Below are positions 33,272 through 44,392 of a DNA stretch of 64,000 nucleotides, piece after piece. This stretch comes from Epithemia pelagica (Eukaryota; Protista; Bacillariophyta), in NCBI GenBank assembly GCA_946965045.2, contig OX337233.1:744001-808000 (forward strand), given 5' to 3'. The notes under the pieces are model-generated. The model saw nothing but the letters and a program-made list of their open reading frames with translations, was not told where the DNA came from and made no database searches. Position numbers and translations under genes: made by a program. Within the stretch, counting starts at the first letter, position 1; each line of letters begins with the position of its first letter.

Positions 33272-34769
33272 TTAGGCAAGACGAATGGTTCGTATCGCGT
33301 AACCACTTTCGTCGTCGTACACGTCCAATACGTAGCCAGTGGCTCCCAAGAAATCACCAGTTCCACCGGTAATCACCAGGTTTCCTTGGTAGGTCGAATC
33401 TTGAAAGACACCGGCATATGCTAGGATACCCTTGCAGCCGTACAAGTCGATCAAAGTACCTTCGCAATGCCACGAGTCTCCCTTGTCCACGCGAGTGCAG
33501 AGTTCATTGTTTTGTCCGACACTCTCGCCCATGGGCTTGTCAAAGACGTGACCAACGTAGGGCTGACGAAGACCAAAGTCAAAGGACGCAGTACTGAAGT
33601 CGACAATGGTACCATCGGGTTCAATGACTGGGCCATCAAACAAATAGGATACGGAGTACTCTTGGCCGAGGCAGGAAGGTACTTCGTACGATCCCTTGCC
33701 TTTTCCTTTTCCTTTGCCCTTTCCTTCTTCCTTGCCTTTGCCTTTGCCCTTTGCCAGGGTAGGTTGTGGAGTAGGCTTGGGAGAAGGCTTGTCGGTTGGG
33801 TGAGGGGTAGGCTTGGGAGTAGGCTTTGGCGTGGGCTTGTCGGTCGGATGCGCAGTGGTAGGCTTTGGCGTAGGCTTGGGAGTAGGCTTGGCAGTAGGAT
33901 GCGCAGTGGTAGGCTTTGTCGTAGGCTTGGGTGTTGGCTTTGGAGTCGGCTTGGGTGTCGGCTTTCCAGTGGGATGGGGCGAGGGTTTGGGAGTTGGCTT
34001 CGGTGTCGGCTTTGGACTCGGCTTCGGTGTCGGCTTTCCGGTGGGATGCGGCGAGGGTTTGGGAGTTGGCTTTGGACTCGGCTTCGGTGTCGGCTTTCCG
34101 GTGGGATGCGGCGAGGGTTTGGGAGTTGGCTTTGGACTCGGCTTCGGTGTCGGTTTGCCGGTGGGATGCGGCGAGGGTTTGGGAGTTGGCTTTGGAGTCG
34201 GCTTGGGTGTCGGCTTTCCGGTGGGATGGGCCGAGGGATGCGGTGTCGGCTTGCCAGTAGGGTGCGACGTGGGATGGGCCGAGGGATGCGGAGTCGGCTT
34301 GCCAGTAGGGTGCGACGTGGGATGCGCCGAGGGATGCGGTGTCGGCTTGCCAGTAGGGTGCGAAGTGGGATGCGCCGAGGGATGCGGGGTCGGCTTGCCA
34401 GTAGGGTGCGAAGTGGGATGCGCCGAGGGATGCGGGGTCGGCTTGCCAGTAGGGTGCGACGTGGGATGCTGTGACGGGTGCGGTGTAGGCACCTTTGTAG
34501 GGCTCTTGCTCGGATGGTCTTCTTTTTTGCCCTTCTTCTTCTTCTTCTTTGATTTTTTCTCCTCTTCCTTTTCTTCTTCTTCTTCCTATAACGTTTGCAT
34601 CGAAATCATGTGAGGTTGGCTGTATATGATGAGAAAATGAAATGGCAATGGTTGTCCTTACCTCCACGGGCAATTGGCGGTGTCCAAACAAACGGTCCCA
34701 ACTAGTGGACGATGCCGAAGCAACCACGGCTGTAGAATAAATGATCGAAAGAACCAAGGAAACCTTCAT
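33272..34769 (-). CDS. Secreted His/Lys/Pro/Thr-repeat dirigent-like protein (copy B); exons 34769-34662 and 34585-33272
   Basis: Same exon structure and motifs as copy A, with different repeat counts. Confidence 0.85.
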
Positions 34770-35164
34770 TGTGTCTGTTGTTTTTTGGCACCGAGCTGTC
34801 TCAGGTTGCTGCCTTGTAGTTCTTGTTGTGGTTTCGATCTCTTGGCTTGGAAGAATTGTGAGCCTTGACTGCGAACCGAATGAGGAAAGAGGAGGAAGAG
34901 AAAGAGATGGATGAGGGCGAGGTGCGTGACGAGACTCGGTATCCTCGGCACAGATCCGCACGCCAGTGCCACCTCGTCCGGGAGGGAGATCCATGGGTAC
35001 TACCTTCCCATGAGAGGATGAGCGCCGTATGTCGAATATGCGTAGAAAGTATTTGTATAGAACCAGAAGTACCAGTTGGTCGTGGTTTATGCATGTGCTT
35101 CAGGGCACGCTCGGATTCGGAAGTACGAGACGCATGTCGGTCTTCGAAATGGTCCATCAATAGC

Positions 35165-35747
35165 CAAGGTTGCTACTACGTCACGTCACGGGCCACAACC
35201 GTGACGTGACGCCGTCAAATAGTGACGGGAATATGTTCCCGTCAGGTTTTTCCCGTCACTTTCGTCAATTTTGGGATATTGATAAGACAAAAGGGATGTA
35301 TGATAGAAATATGATGTTTTGACTGTATGTATCATGATTAATGGTCTCTGATGTCTGTAAATGGTGCCTGAAGTGGACGGAAGCTCCACTTCGTCTCCTT
35401 TTCCAAGGATGAATCCCCAAAGTTTGTCCTTGTCCCGTCACAGTAGTGGTTCTGACATCCAACCACGGTAAGTCGACATCGATCATGCACACATAATAGT
35501 TATGACCATGCATGATCATCAATGGTGGATTGTTGCTCATTCCTTGGATCACTTTGGATGCCATTTTTGTGCGTTTCTCGACGTATCTGTTTGCCTACAA
35601 AAGATCCACAAAAGATTTTTTTGTTTCCCGTCACTTTTTTTCATTCCCGTCATTCGTCACAGCCTGATGGCCTGACGTGACGTCGTCAATTTTACGTCAC
35701 GTCACGTGACGTGCGTCAATTGTGACGTCGTCACAGTAGCATCCTTG
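35165..35747. mobile_element. 583-bp non-autonomous DNA transposon (MITE), 13-bp TIR CAAGG(T/A)TGCTACT, 7-bp TSD CAATAGC; possibly P-element superfamily
   Basis: Absent from copy A at the matching site (ccatcaata-acgttc). TSD at 35158-64 and 35748-54. Subterminal GTCAC/GTGAC arrays. Confidence 0.9.
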
Positions 35748-36652
35748 CAATAGCGTGCAAAGAACCAAGGCGCGCACAAATTTGAAACAGTACCACTTCC
35801 GAATCAAGAGAAGGCGGGACGCTCTCGGCAAACGCTGTAAAACGAGGAATACACCCACATTCAAGAGAGATGACATGAGGACACATGCCTTGTTATTAGT
35901 GTCTCGAGATGAGAAACGGGAAGATTGGAGGATACAAATGAAATGTTCGCTTTTTCATGAAACAGAGAACCTTTTGCTTGGCGCCAATGGAGCCGATGAA
36001 TGGTTGTGGCATCCATTCATTGGATGGTCGATCCAAAATAGTGTGTGGCTCAAAAGACCATTCGATTTCTCTACCATGAGCAGCTTTTGCTCATTATTAT
36101 CGAATGACTCGACCAATCCAGTCGTCTTCGTACCGAATAAACGGGTGTCATTCGGTCAGCCGACGAAGGACAAGGACGGAGGGAGGCCAAACTGAGAATT
36201 GATGTTCCATCCGGCACCCTGTGCACTGCTATCGATTTTCATTGAAAGGCGAGGCTCTCTATGGATATAGATAGTTTGATTCAAGCTACCTATGTTGACC
36301 CACAAGCAAAATACTCCGAAAAGCAATTCTTTTTCGTTTCGTATTAACTGCATCGTCCACGACACATTACGGAACGGAGCTAATTTTTTGCAAGCCAACG
36401 CGATCGGAACGTTGGACCAAGTTCAATACTCTTAACACCTGTAGTGGAACACTGCAATCTTGGGGTTCAACACACGGTGCGGTCGAGCACGTTACCCTTC
36501 TTCTAGAGGAGTAGATACGTCCTTTCCCTGCCTTGTCTTCTACTTCTTGGCACTCTATATACTTGAATCAGGTCGTCCACCGAACATAACCAGTATCCTA
36601 GGTTTCCTCCTCCTTTGGTAGCGTATATTGGCCGTCACCTAGTCACAAGCCA

Positions 36653-37834
36653 CTATCGAGGTCGAGAAGCGTGAGATATATATAGAAATATAGCATCTCC
36701 GTTCCCATTGCGTTCCCGACAAGGATCATAATAATACCAACCGTTTGGTGGTGGCTGCTCACAGAGTCGGAGAAAACACCATGTTCTCTTGTCCAGCAAT
36801 GGCAATGTCGCACAGGACGGATTGAACGCTCCCCCAATCACGGCAATGTGAGTGGCCAGAGCTACCATACTGCCGTACTTGTCTGGCAAGGGTGGGAGTT
36901 TCCACACCCGGTTGAGAGTCGTATCCAAAACGTCGACGGCTTGTCGTCCGCCTCCCGCCACCACGAGACTGGATCCCACGGCGGCCATGGCACAACAATT
37001 TCGTGGGACGGAAAGCACTAAGTCCGCATGTGTTTTCCAAACACTGACTGGAAGAACCTCAGCATCACGATGGTGACAATAAAAAGGCTTGCAACAGTCC
37101 ATATACTCGACCGAGCGTTGGGTCGAGCCTCCCACGACAAAGATGCGGTGATCACCAAGGACGGCACTGGCACAGCCAAACCGCGGACCGTTCATTCGTG
37201 GCCCCGCCACGACCGTGTCGTTTCGGGTATCGACAATCTCCACCGAGGACAAGGACGAATGTACCGACCAGTTCCATCCACCCATGACCACAATGTACCG
37301 ATTGTGGACCGCCACAGCACAACAGTCGGTTCGTGGCGTGGATAGTCGGACACCCTGGTTGAACGTCCTCCAATGGATCGTATTCGTTGAACTGCTAGAT
37401 GGTTGTAGTAGCAAATCATTGACAGGAATCCATTCGATGGAATCCAAACAGGATTCTCCATATTCTCCTCCCACCACGTAAATGCGTCCGTTGCACACAA
37501 CAGCGGCATGTCCAGCACGACTCTGGTTCAGAGGAGGTCCCTCTCGCCACTGCTTATTGTTGGGTTCATCATTCAAGTTCAATACGAGAACGGAATCCAG
37601 CTCGCCTTGATCTTTGTGAGATCCTCCAATCACCACGACCGTTTTCTGGTTGTTGTGATCCGTTTCAGGATGAGGATGATCCAGCACGATGGAAGCATGA
37701 CTCCGACGCCATCCACCCGTAAGAGGAGGCCAGTCCTTTGGATTCCATTCGGCGTTCTGGTTCCAAAGGGCAAGCCCCGACTGCCATGCTTGTTCTCGCA
37801 GTGTCCTTCTCTTGGTTTTCATTGGCATTCTTTT
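36653..37834 (-). CDS. Kelch-repeat protein (copy B)
   Basis: Same Kelch blades as copy A. The start is approximate (MPMKTKRR). Confidence 0.82.
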   Translation of the reverse strand, partial: KRMPMKTKRRTLREQAWQSGLALWNQNAEWNPKDWPPLTGGWRRSHASIVLDHPHPETDHNNQKTVVVIGGSHKDQGELDSVLVLNLNDEPNNKQWREGPPLNQSRAGHAAVVCNGRIYVVGGEYGESCLDSIEWIPVNDLLLQPSSSSTNTIHWRTFNQGVRLSTPRTDCCAVAVHNRYIVVMGGWNWSVHSSLSSVEIVDTRNDTVVAGPRMNGPRFGCASAVLGDHRIFVVGGSTQRSVEYMDCCKPFYCHHRDAEVLPVSVWKTHADLVLSVPRNCCAMAAVGSSLVVAGGGRQAVDVLDTTLNRVWKLPPLPDKYGSMVALATHIAVIGGAFNPSCATLPLLDKRTWCFLRLCEQPPPNGWYYYDPCRERNGNGDAIFLYISHASRPR

Positions 37835-38105
37835 GGCATGGAAGAACAATCTGAATACAGAAAAGTGTGTTATGGCAACATGTCGAGAGGGAGACGCTTG
37901 TGTGTGCGAGACGTTGCAGGTCTGTCTCTCGCAACTCGCAACCTTTCGCGTAGAGCATAAGAAAAAGATAAAAGATACTCTACCCTTTTCGATTTTCGAT
38001 ATGCGTAACAATGAGTCTAGGTTGATCGTGCCATTCACGAGCAGGACTCATCATTTTGGTCCACTGGACTCGCACTCTTATTGTACCCATTTGCAACACC
38101 GTAAT

Positions 38106-38283
38106 TCGCCCCTGTCACTGTCACGCGTCACGCCCCTTTCCTCACCAGGGTCTCTGCGTCGCGGCCGCACCCCAACGGACACCGCCCCATTACGTCCTAG
38201 CGTGTGATATAAATCATTAGTCTGTCCAATTTAGTGATTGAATCCTTTATTCGGTGCGACCAGATTCTTACTCTGGCTTGGGG
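38106..38283. mobile_element. Unclassified 178-bp insertion flanked by GTAAT direct repeats
   Basis: Absent from copy A (ccgtgatctccc). gtaat at 38101-05 and 38284-88. No clear TIRs. Confidence 0.6.
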
Positions 38284-38353
38284 GTAATCTCCCAAAGAAG
38301 AGAAGATCTCCAGCGAAGCCAACCACAACTCACCACCAACCACCACCACCAGG

Positions 38354-40483
38354 ATGACATTGTCGTCGTCCGTTTCTTCCTGGTTCTATCCGTTCCTCAA
38401 TGTGTTTCCATCCAGTACCTTGGATGTACGATCCTTGGCCCTCTTTCGAATTCTGTTGGGAGCCTACCTCTTGTACGATCTATATAGTCGCTTGTCGTTG
38501 GGCAAATTTGATTTGGCCTGGTAGGTTTCCGCTGTCCTTGTGTTCTTTGGGAGGGACATTGTGCTAGTGTCGGCCCTTGTTTTTTTCTCACGCATTCTTT
38601 TGTTTGTGCCTATGCCAATGGCCAACTCTATAAATCACACACTCCTTTCGTTGTATATATGATTCAACAGGTATACTAGTATTCCAATCGAAGAATCTTA
38701 CCTTGATCCCCACGATACACCTCATACGGCACCCCTGCATCGGTGGTGGTTTGCCCGTGGCACGGCCCTCCACCAAACCGTCTTGTTTGCCCTGTCGGCC
38801 GGTTTGGCAACGTGCTTTTGTGTCGGATTGCATGAAACGTTCCTTCTGAAACTCGCCCTCTTTGTCATTCAAGTGTCGCAACAAAATCGATGCATGAACT
38901 TGGCCGATGGCAGTGATTCCTTTGGACGTCACTTGTTGCTGTGGTCCATTTTCCTACCCCTCACCAAGGTGTGGAGTGTCCATGCCTGGTGGATTCAACG
39001 ACGACAACAACATCAACCACCACCAAACGCCGAGACTTCTCAAGTGGGAACCGCCAATCACAACAACCACAACATCCTTTCGAATTCTTCCAGTACGACC
39101 GTCCAAAGTTTGGCCTGTCTCGCCCTCACGTCGCAAATCATGCTCATGTATGTGGGAACCGTCTTGCATCGCACAACCGACTTGTTTGGTCTCACCCAAT
39201 TGCATCAGAGTCAATGGCTGCCTCCCAAACTGAGTGCCGTTCATTATGCCTTGCTCGATGCCTTTGCCACTCGCGACCATGCCGTGAAACGATTCATCAC
39301 GTCCTACGCCGCTGTGTCGCAAGCCTTGACCTTCATGGCCACGGTCGTCGAATTCATGGTTCCCCTGGTTGGATGTTGGTTGGCCCCGGCTCGCTACCGA
39401 CACTATGGAGCACTCGTCTTGGTGGGATTGCATGTCGGACTCTTGTCCGTCTTTCACTTGCCCAATTGGCAATTGACTGGCATGCTCGTGCAAAGTGTGT
39501 GGATTCCCTCCCATGTCTGGAATGCCCTATTCAAAGTAGTACCAACCAAATCCACAATTTCCACCACCACGACAAGCAGTACGAGTAAGACGAGTGTGAC
39601 CACCACAACGGGTACCGCCGCCACCACCTCGTCGTCGTACAAAAAGACGGATGGGGATCCCCGTCCCACCAGCTCCAGTACTACTCCTACGACTAGAACC
39701 ACGGCCGGTCATGAACCGCCCGAACGGCCCACGCCTAATGTCTTGTCTATGGCCCTTCAAGTCTTTTTCTTTGGATACATGTGGTACAATTGGGCCGGAA
39801 ATCGAGGATGGATCCCCAAACATGATCGAGGAGATATTGGAGAAGGATTGGTACGTATCTATTATCTATACATATATATACAGTGGGCAGCTGCCTACTG
39901 AGAAACTAGAGCCTGTTTTCGAATAACCATATTACATGACTGACACTTGTTTGTTGGTGCTTTTGCTCGTCCACTGGCCTGTTTATGAAATACACAGCGC
40001 CTCTCGCAGTACTGGGTCATGTATGCCAGTGTCGGTACCCAAACCTCCACGTCGCAACTCATTGGTACCACGCCCCGTGGTCAATTGGTGGATTTGTATC
40101 GTTACATTTCCACCCGACAAGTGGTGGAACCCCTAGCCTCCGATACCATTGTGTACGACATGTCGCGTCGATTTCCGTCGCCGCGGTGGGAACGGGCCAT
40201 TGCGCAATGGTCCAATGGCAAGGACCGGTCGGGTAAAAAGGCCAAGGTCTTGTGTCGTGCCCTCTGTCACTTGCTCCATCATCATCCTCCCGACAACGAC
40301 TCGTCCCTGGAATTTGCCTCGGTGGAACTTCAATACAAAATGCTTCACATTTTACCACCGGGAAGCGCCCTCTCGTACGAAGAAGAAGAACAACAACAAG
40401 CAGGAACCAACCGAGTACGCGATGTCAAAGTTTTTCGTGTCAATTGTTCTGCCACTGCAGCTACCGGAAAAGAGGAAGGATGA
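38354..40483 (+). CDS. HTTM-domain membrane protein, copy B; exons 38354-38520, 38671-39850, 39998-40483
   Basis: Same motifs and intron positions as copy A. Confidence 0.8.
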
Positions 40484-40622
40484 GGCCGAGGACCGAGTTC
40501 CGTTACTAGTATAGTAGCTACCAAAGAAGAAGAAGACGAATGAGTCTTGAGACGGACGTGTCACACACACACGACGGGCAACCCACCAAAGTAGCATTCC
40601 AAAAGGCAAGGGCAAAGTACTT

Positions 40623-42867
40623 TTATGCGTTGCAAAACTGTTTCGTCCTTGTTCCGACGAATTGCGTGTACTTGTCCGGAACACTGCCGTTCCTCAGACG
40701 TGACACGTGGACAAGAGAGCGAGGATCGAGGATTGTCCAGTGGTAATTGACGCCATGTTTCGTTCCGGTGTATAGTGGAGTGACTGAGGAAGACATGCGA
40801 CGCTCAATCAACACCATCTTTTTGTCAATGGATGGATTCTATTGGGCGTCTGGAAAGGAATTTGTAATGGTTGTCGATACACCAATGACGGATTTAACAT
40901 TTGACTTTATACTCTTTCGACTCTTGCGCCGATCCTCCAGCAGCAAAGAGAAAAGACTCGGCGGCCAAACCACCTTTTTCATAGCCACTCAAGTATTCAG
41001 TGCCAAAGTCTTGAAATGTTGCACGGATCAGCTCAAAGAGTTGGTCCGACGTTCCATATACATCGCTCTGTTGAGGGTCAACTTCGACATATGCTGTCAG
41101 GGGAAAATAGGCTGTACTGGTGTTTGTATCGTCGGATGCAGGAAAGCAAGAGCTTCCCAAAATAATATTACCCGGAGATGTTTGTCGATAAGTAAGACCA
41201 TCCACCATAAATCTGTCAAGAAACGCTGTTGTCCATTGGCTCACACGGGACTGGGGCTGCTGAGTAATGCCATAGCTCGACGATGCCGACACTGGAAAAC
41301 GAAGTGAAATTGAAAACCCTACTAGTACCAAGTCGCTCGTATCAGATCGAGGACCATCCTGAATTTGATCGCTTGGATCTAGACCACCTTGGATTTCATC
41401 CCGTGGATCTAGAGCACCGAATCAGAAACCTGGAAAAGTCTCGAACACTGACGTCTGACTCTCATCCCTCGTTTGAATGAAGAAAGCAAGTTCTCGGCTC
41501 GTCCAGTCAGCGAGAATGGCCGACAGAGGATCACGGTAAAACAATGCAGGATCGTCCCCTTGAAAAGTTACTCGAATAGAACGAAATCCCAACAAATTCA
41601 ACCATATTGGTTCATTTTTGGTTGTCATAATACCCCAGTCGGCGGATATGTGCCAGTTTTTGGTCCCAGAACGCCATGGTCAAGTCAAACAATGTCCCTC
41701 GAGTTTGTGTTCGCGAACCAAAGCAATATGTAGTGGAGGTAGGCCTGGTGGGACTGTTTCACCACCACTCCCCATAGGAAACCCGTCCTTCGTTGTCGTA
41801 CTGTCACCCCCTGTGTTGTCGTTTCCACCAACCACTGTATCGTTTGCCATTGTTGGTCCATCGTCTTGCACTCGAACGGCCGTTGAGTCTCTGTCGTCAC
41901 TTTGAGAGAGCCACAGGGCCAAACCAATTGTACCACCCAAAATGGTCACAATCACACCACAGACAAGTAGTACGATCCAGCATGGTGTTCTCGAACCACC
42001 CTCCTCCTCATTAATGGGTTCGGCCTTGACGGCTTGGGCCGCCATGGTTTGACGCACTTGTTCTCGAATGCGATCTCGTTCTCGTTGATCCTCGGTTTCG
42101 GCCAATTCGGCCGTGACTCGCATCACTGGTTCTTGTGATGTCCCTTCTTCTTGTCGCTCCAATAGATCCGCCTCCGTGCGAGTGGCACTATCAGGAGCAG
42201 TCACCTCGCAGGATGATGACGAAGCATGAGGCGCAAAGACAGTTTGAAAATGAATCGGTGAGCGGGGAATGGCTTGAGCGGGGTGATTCGGTCCTTGGGA
42301 GGGAAACATGGCAATGGAACCGGGACGAGTCAAGGCTGGTACAGGAACAGTCACGGTAGACTCAGTGGTACGCAAACGAGTGCTGGCGAGTTCTTCCTCC
42401 TCTTCTGGAGGGGACACTGGTGACGCCATCAAGGATACAGTGCTGCTTTGGTGACAATCCTTGTTTTGCGATTCTTCCTCACTACACTGCTCTCTATCTT
42501 GCTTTGTAATGGTTTCACAACCAGATATAGCTGTAGCCTTGACCACAGTGTTGTCGTCTTTCGTGGTAGTGGACGATGTACTTTCGTTTGTTTGAGTAAA
42601 GCTCTGCGAGAATACGTTGTTTGTCTTGGAGTGGTTGTTCCTGGTCGAGTCGGAATCGTCCTTTGATAGGCAACAAGGATCCTGTTGTTGATGAATTCTA
42701 CCATTTGATTTCTCGACCCTCGTTTCGGAAGCATCCTCTGGTTGCTGCATTGTTGAGGATAGACTAGCAGGGCGCAAGAGTTCCTCATGAATGCCGTTGT
42801 CGTTCGAATTCTTACTGGGATTGTCGGGTTCCAGACTCTCTGGATGGCCCTTGGGACCACCAAACAA
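40623..42867 (-). CDS. Uncharacterised single-pass membrane protein (acidic low-complexity N-terminus, TM helix, downstream domain); possibly a pseudogene
   Basis: ORF 41680-42867 has TM CWIVLLVCGVIVTILGGTIGLALW preceded by VKAEP. Downstream ORFs 41422-41628 and 40894-41331 are in one frame separated by a single TGA. Exon structure unresolved. Confidence 0.5.
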
Positions 42868-43156
42868 GAGTTGTTTTGAGGATGCCGCTGGAGTTGGTTG
42901 TTCGGGTCGGAATAGCTGTCACTGCCCTCGTCCTGCTTGTCGTCGTCGTCAACTTATCAATCACAGGTAGTTTTCAGGGTTGTGAAGTACCAAGTACCTA
43001 TTTTTTCCAAAAGTACCACTTTTCGCGTACTTTGTGTTTTTCCTTGGTCCAAGTCCCCCTTCTCTTCATCATGTACTTTCCTTTTTCCAAGTCCTCACGT
43101 AAAAGTACCTATATTTTCCTGTACCACCTTAAGTACCCTACCACAAGTACCGCTAA

Positions 43157-43627
43157 GGCCAATCCTTTAGCTCGCAAAACCAAATCGAGATTGCGTGCAC
43201 GTCAGCATTTTGCGTCACGTTTACGTCATATATCCGGGTAAAAGAGCATTTCCGGATTTGTTCGAACAAATCCAGAACTCAGGATTTGTTCGAACAAATC
43301 CTGGAAATTCATTAGGGATAGTGTTTTACTAATGCTAGTGTAGAGGCTGCCTACAGTTTCGAATATGTCAGGCGGGCGTTCGACATGGTGGGCGGGCGTG
43401 ACACATGATGGACGGGCGTTCGACTTCAACGGTATCCTTGCGCCCAAAAGTTTTAGTATTCAATTTTTCTAAGTGAAGGGTGGGGGAGGATGGGGGACAG
43501 GATTCGAAAAGGCGCGGTCTTTTGGATTTGTTTTGCGAATGCGTAAGGACGGCGTTAGGCACAATTTCCAAAACCAAATCCGGCCCGGCCCCGCACGGAT
43601 TGGTTTTGTTGAGCTAAAGGATTGGCC
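43157..43627. mobile_element. PIF/Harbinger (Tourist-like) MITE 1, 471 bp, TIR GGCCAATCCTTTAGCTC, TSD TAA
   Basis: 17-bp exact TIRs; TAA at 43154-56 and 43628-30. Confidence 0.9.
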
Positions 43628-43649
43628 TAATCCCATCGCTTCCTTGTAA

Positions 43650-44392
43650 GGCTATCTCCACCCGGGGCCGCTAAAGGTCCAATCGAACTCCACCATCTCC
43701 TCTAACCGCTAAACAGCTCTGCTATCCGCTATTTTTGCCGCTATTTGGGGCCCCGAATAGCGGGGAAAATAGCGGATAGCGGAGCAAAATATAACCGTCG
43801 GCATAAATAAATTAACGTCTGCTGCCGACAGTATCTCTCTTGTCGAAAACATGGCAATGGCACGTATTGATTTGTGACGATCGCTTACCATCTCTTTTTC
43901 CATTGTTGTGTTCCCTACTTCCTACAAGAACCATGCACAGCAAGATGATTCGAGGATCACGGATCGGAAGGAATGCAACAATCAAACAAATGCATCATTC
44001 AAACTATTGGTGTGTTCGATTATCAGACAATCAATCGGAAATGGGACAGGGAATACAATAGGACGATTGGACTGCAAACTACAACCTACATCTACATTGG
44101 CCATGAACAACAACATGATTCACCATGACAGTCAACAATGAAGAGGGAGAACAACGAGTCCTCCATCTTTGGTTTATGCTTTGTGCTCTCGTTGATTGTC
44201 TTGTTTGAATTCCGCAAGCCGCACCCCTTTTTAACCGAAACAAGAGAGGGCGTACGCGCAACGCGAGATAGCGGCGTTTTTGGAGATCGTGGAGTTTATT
44301 TCCGTTTGGCTCCGCTATTCCGCTATCCGGATAGCGAGGCCAATCAGAAAGCCCCAATACGTCAGCATAGCGGCGCTCGGGTGGAGATAGCC
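43650..44392. mobile_element. PIF/Harbinger MITE 2, 743 bp, TIR GGCTATCTCCACCCG, TSD TAA
   Basis: 15-bp exact TIRs extending imperfectly to CCGCTA; TAA at 43647-49 and 44393-95; CCGCTA/TAGCGG subterminal arrays. Confidence 0.9.

Larger units (their letters stand above)
32898..41557 (+). repeat. Tandem segmental duplication, copy B
   Basis: Starts caattatcaatgctttcttca (32898) and ends gcaggatcgtcc (41557). The junction shares a single C. Confidence 0.95.

Noticed and set aside
35265-35564. 99-aa ORF in the 583-bp MITE (and 54443-54730)
   Set aside because: No transposase motifs and too short. Its presence in both copies reflects recent common origin.
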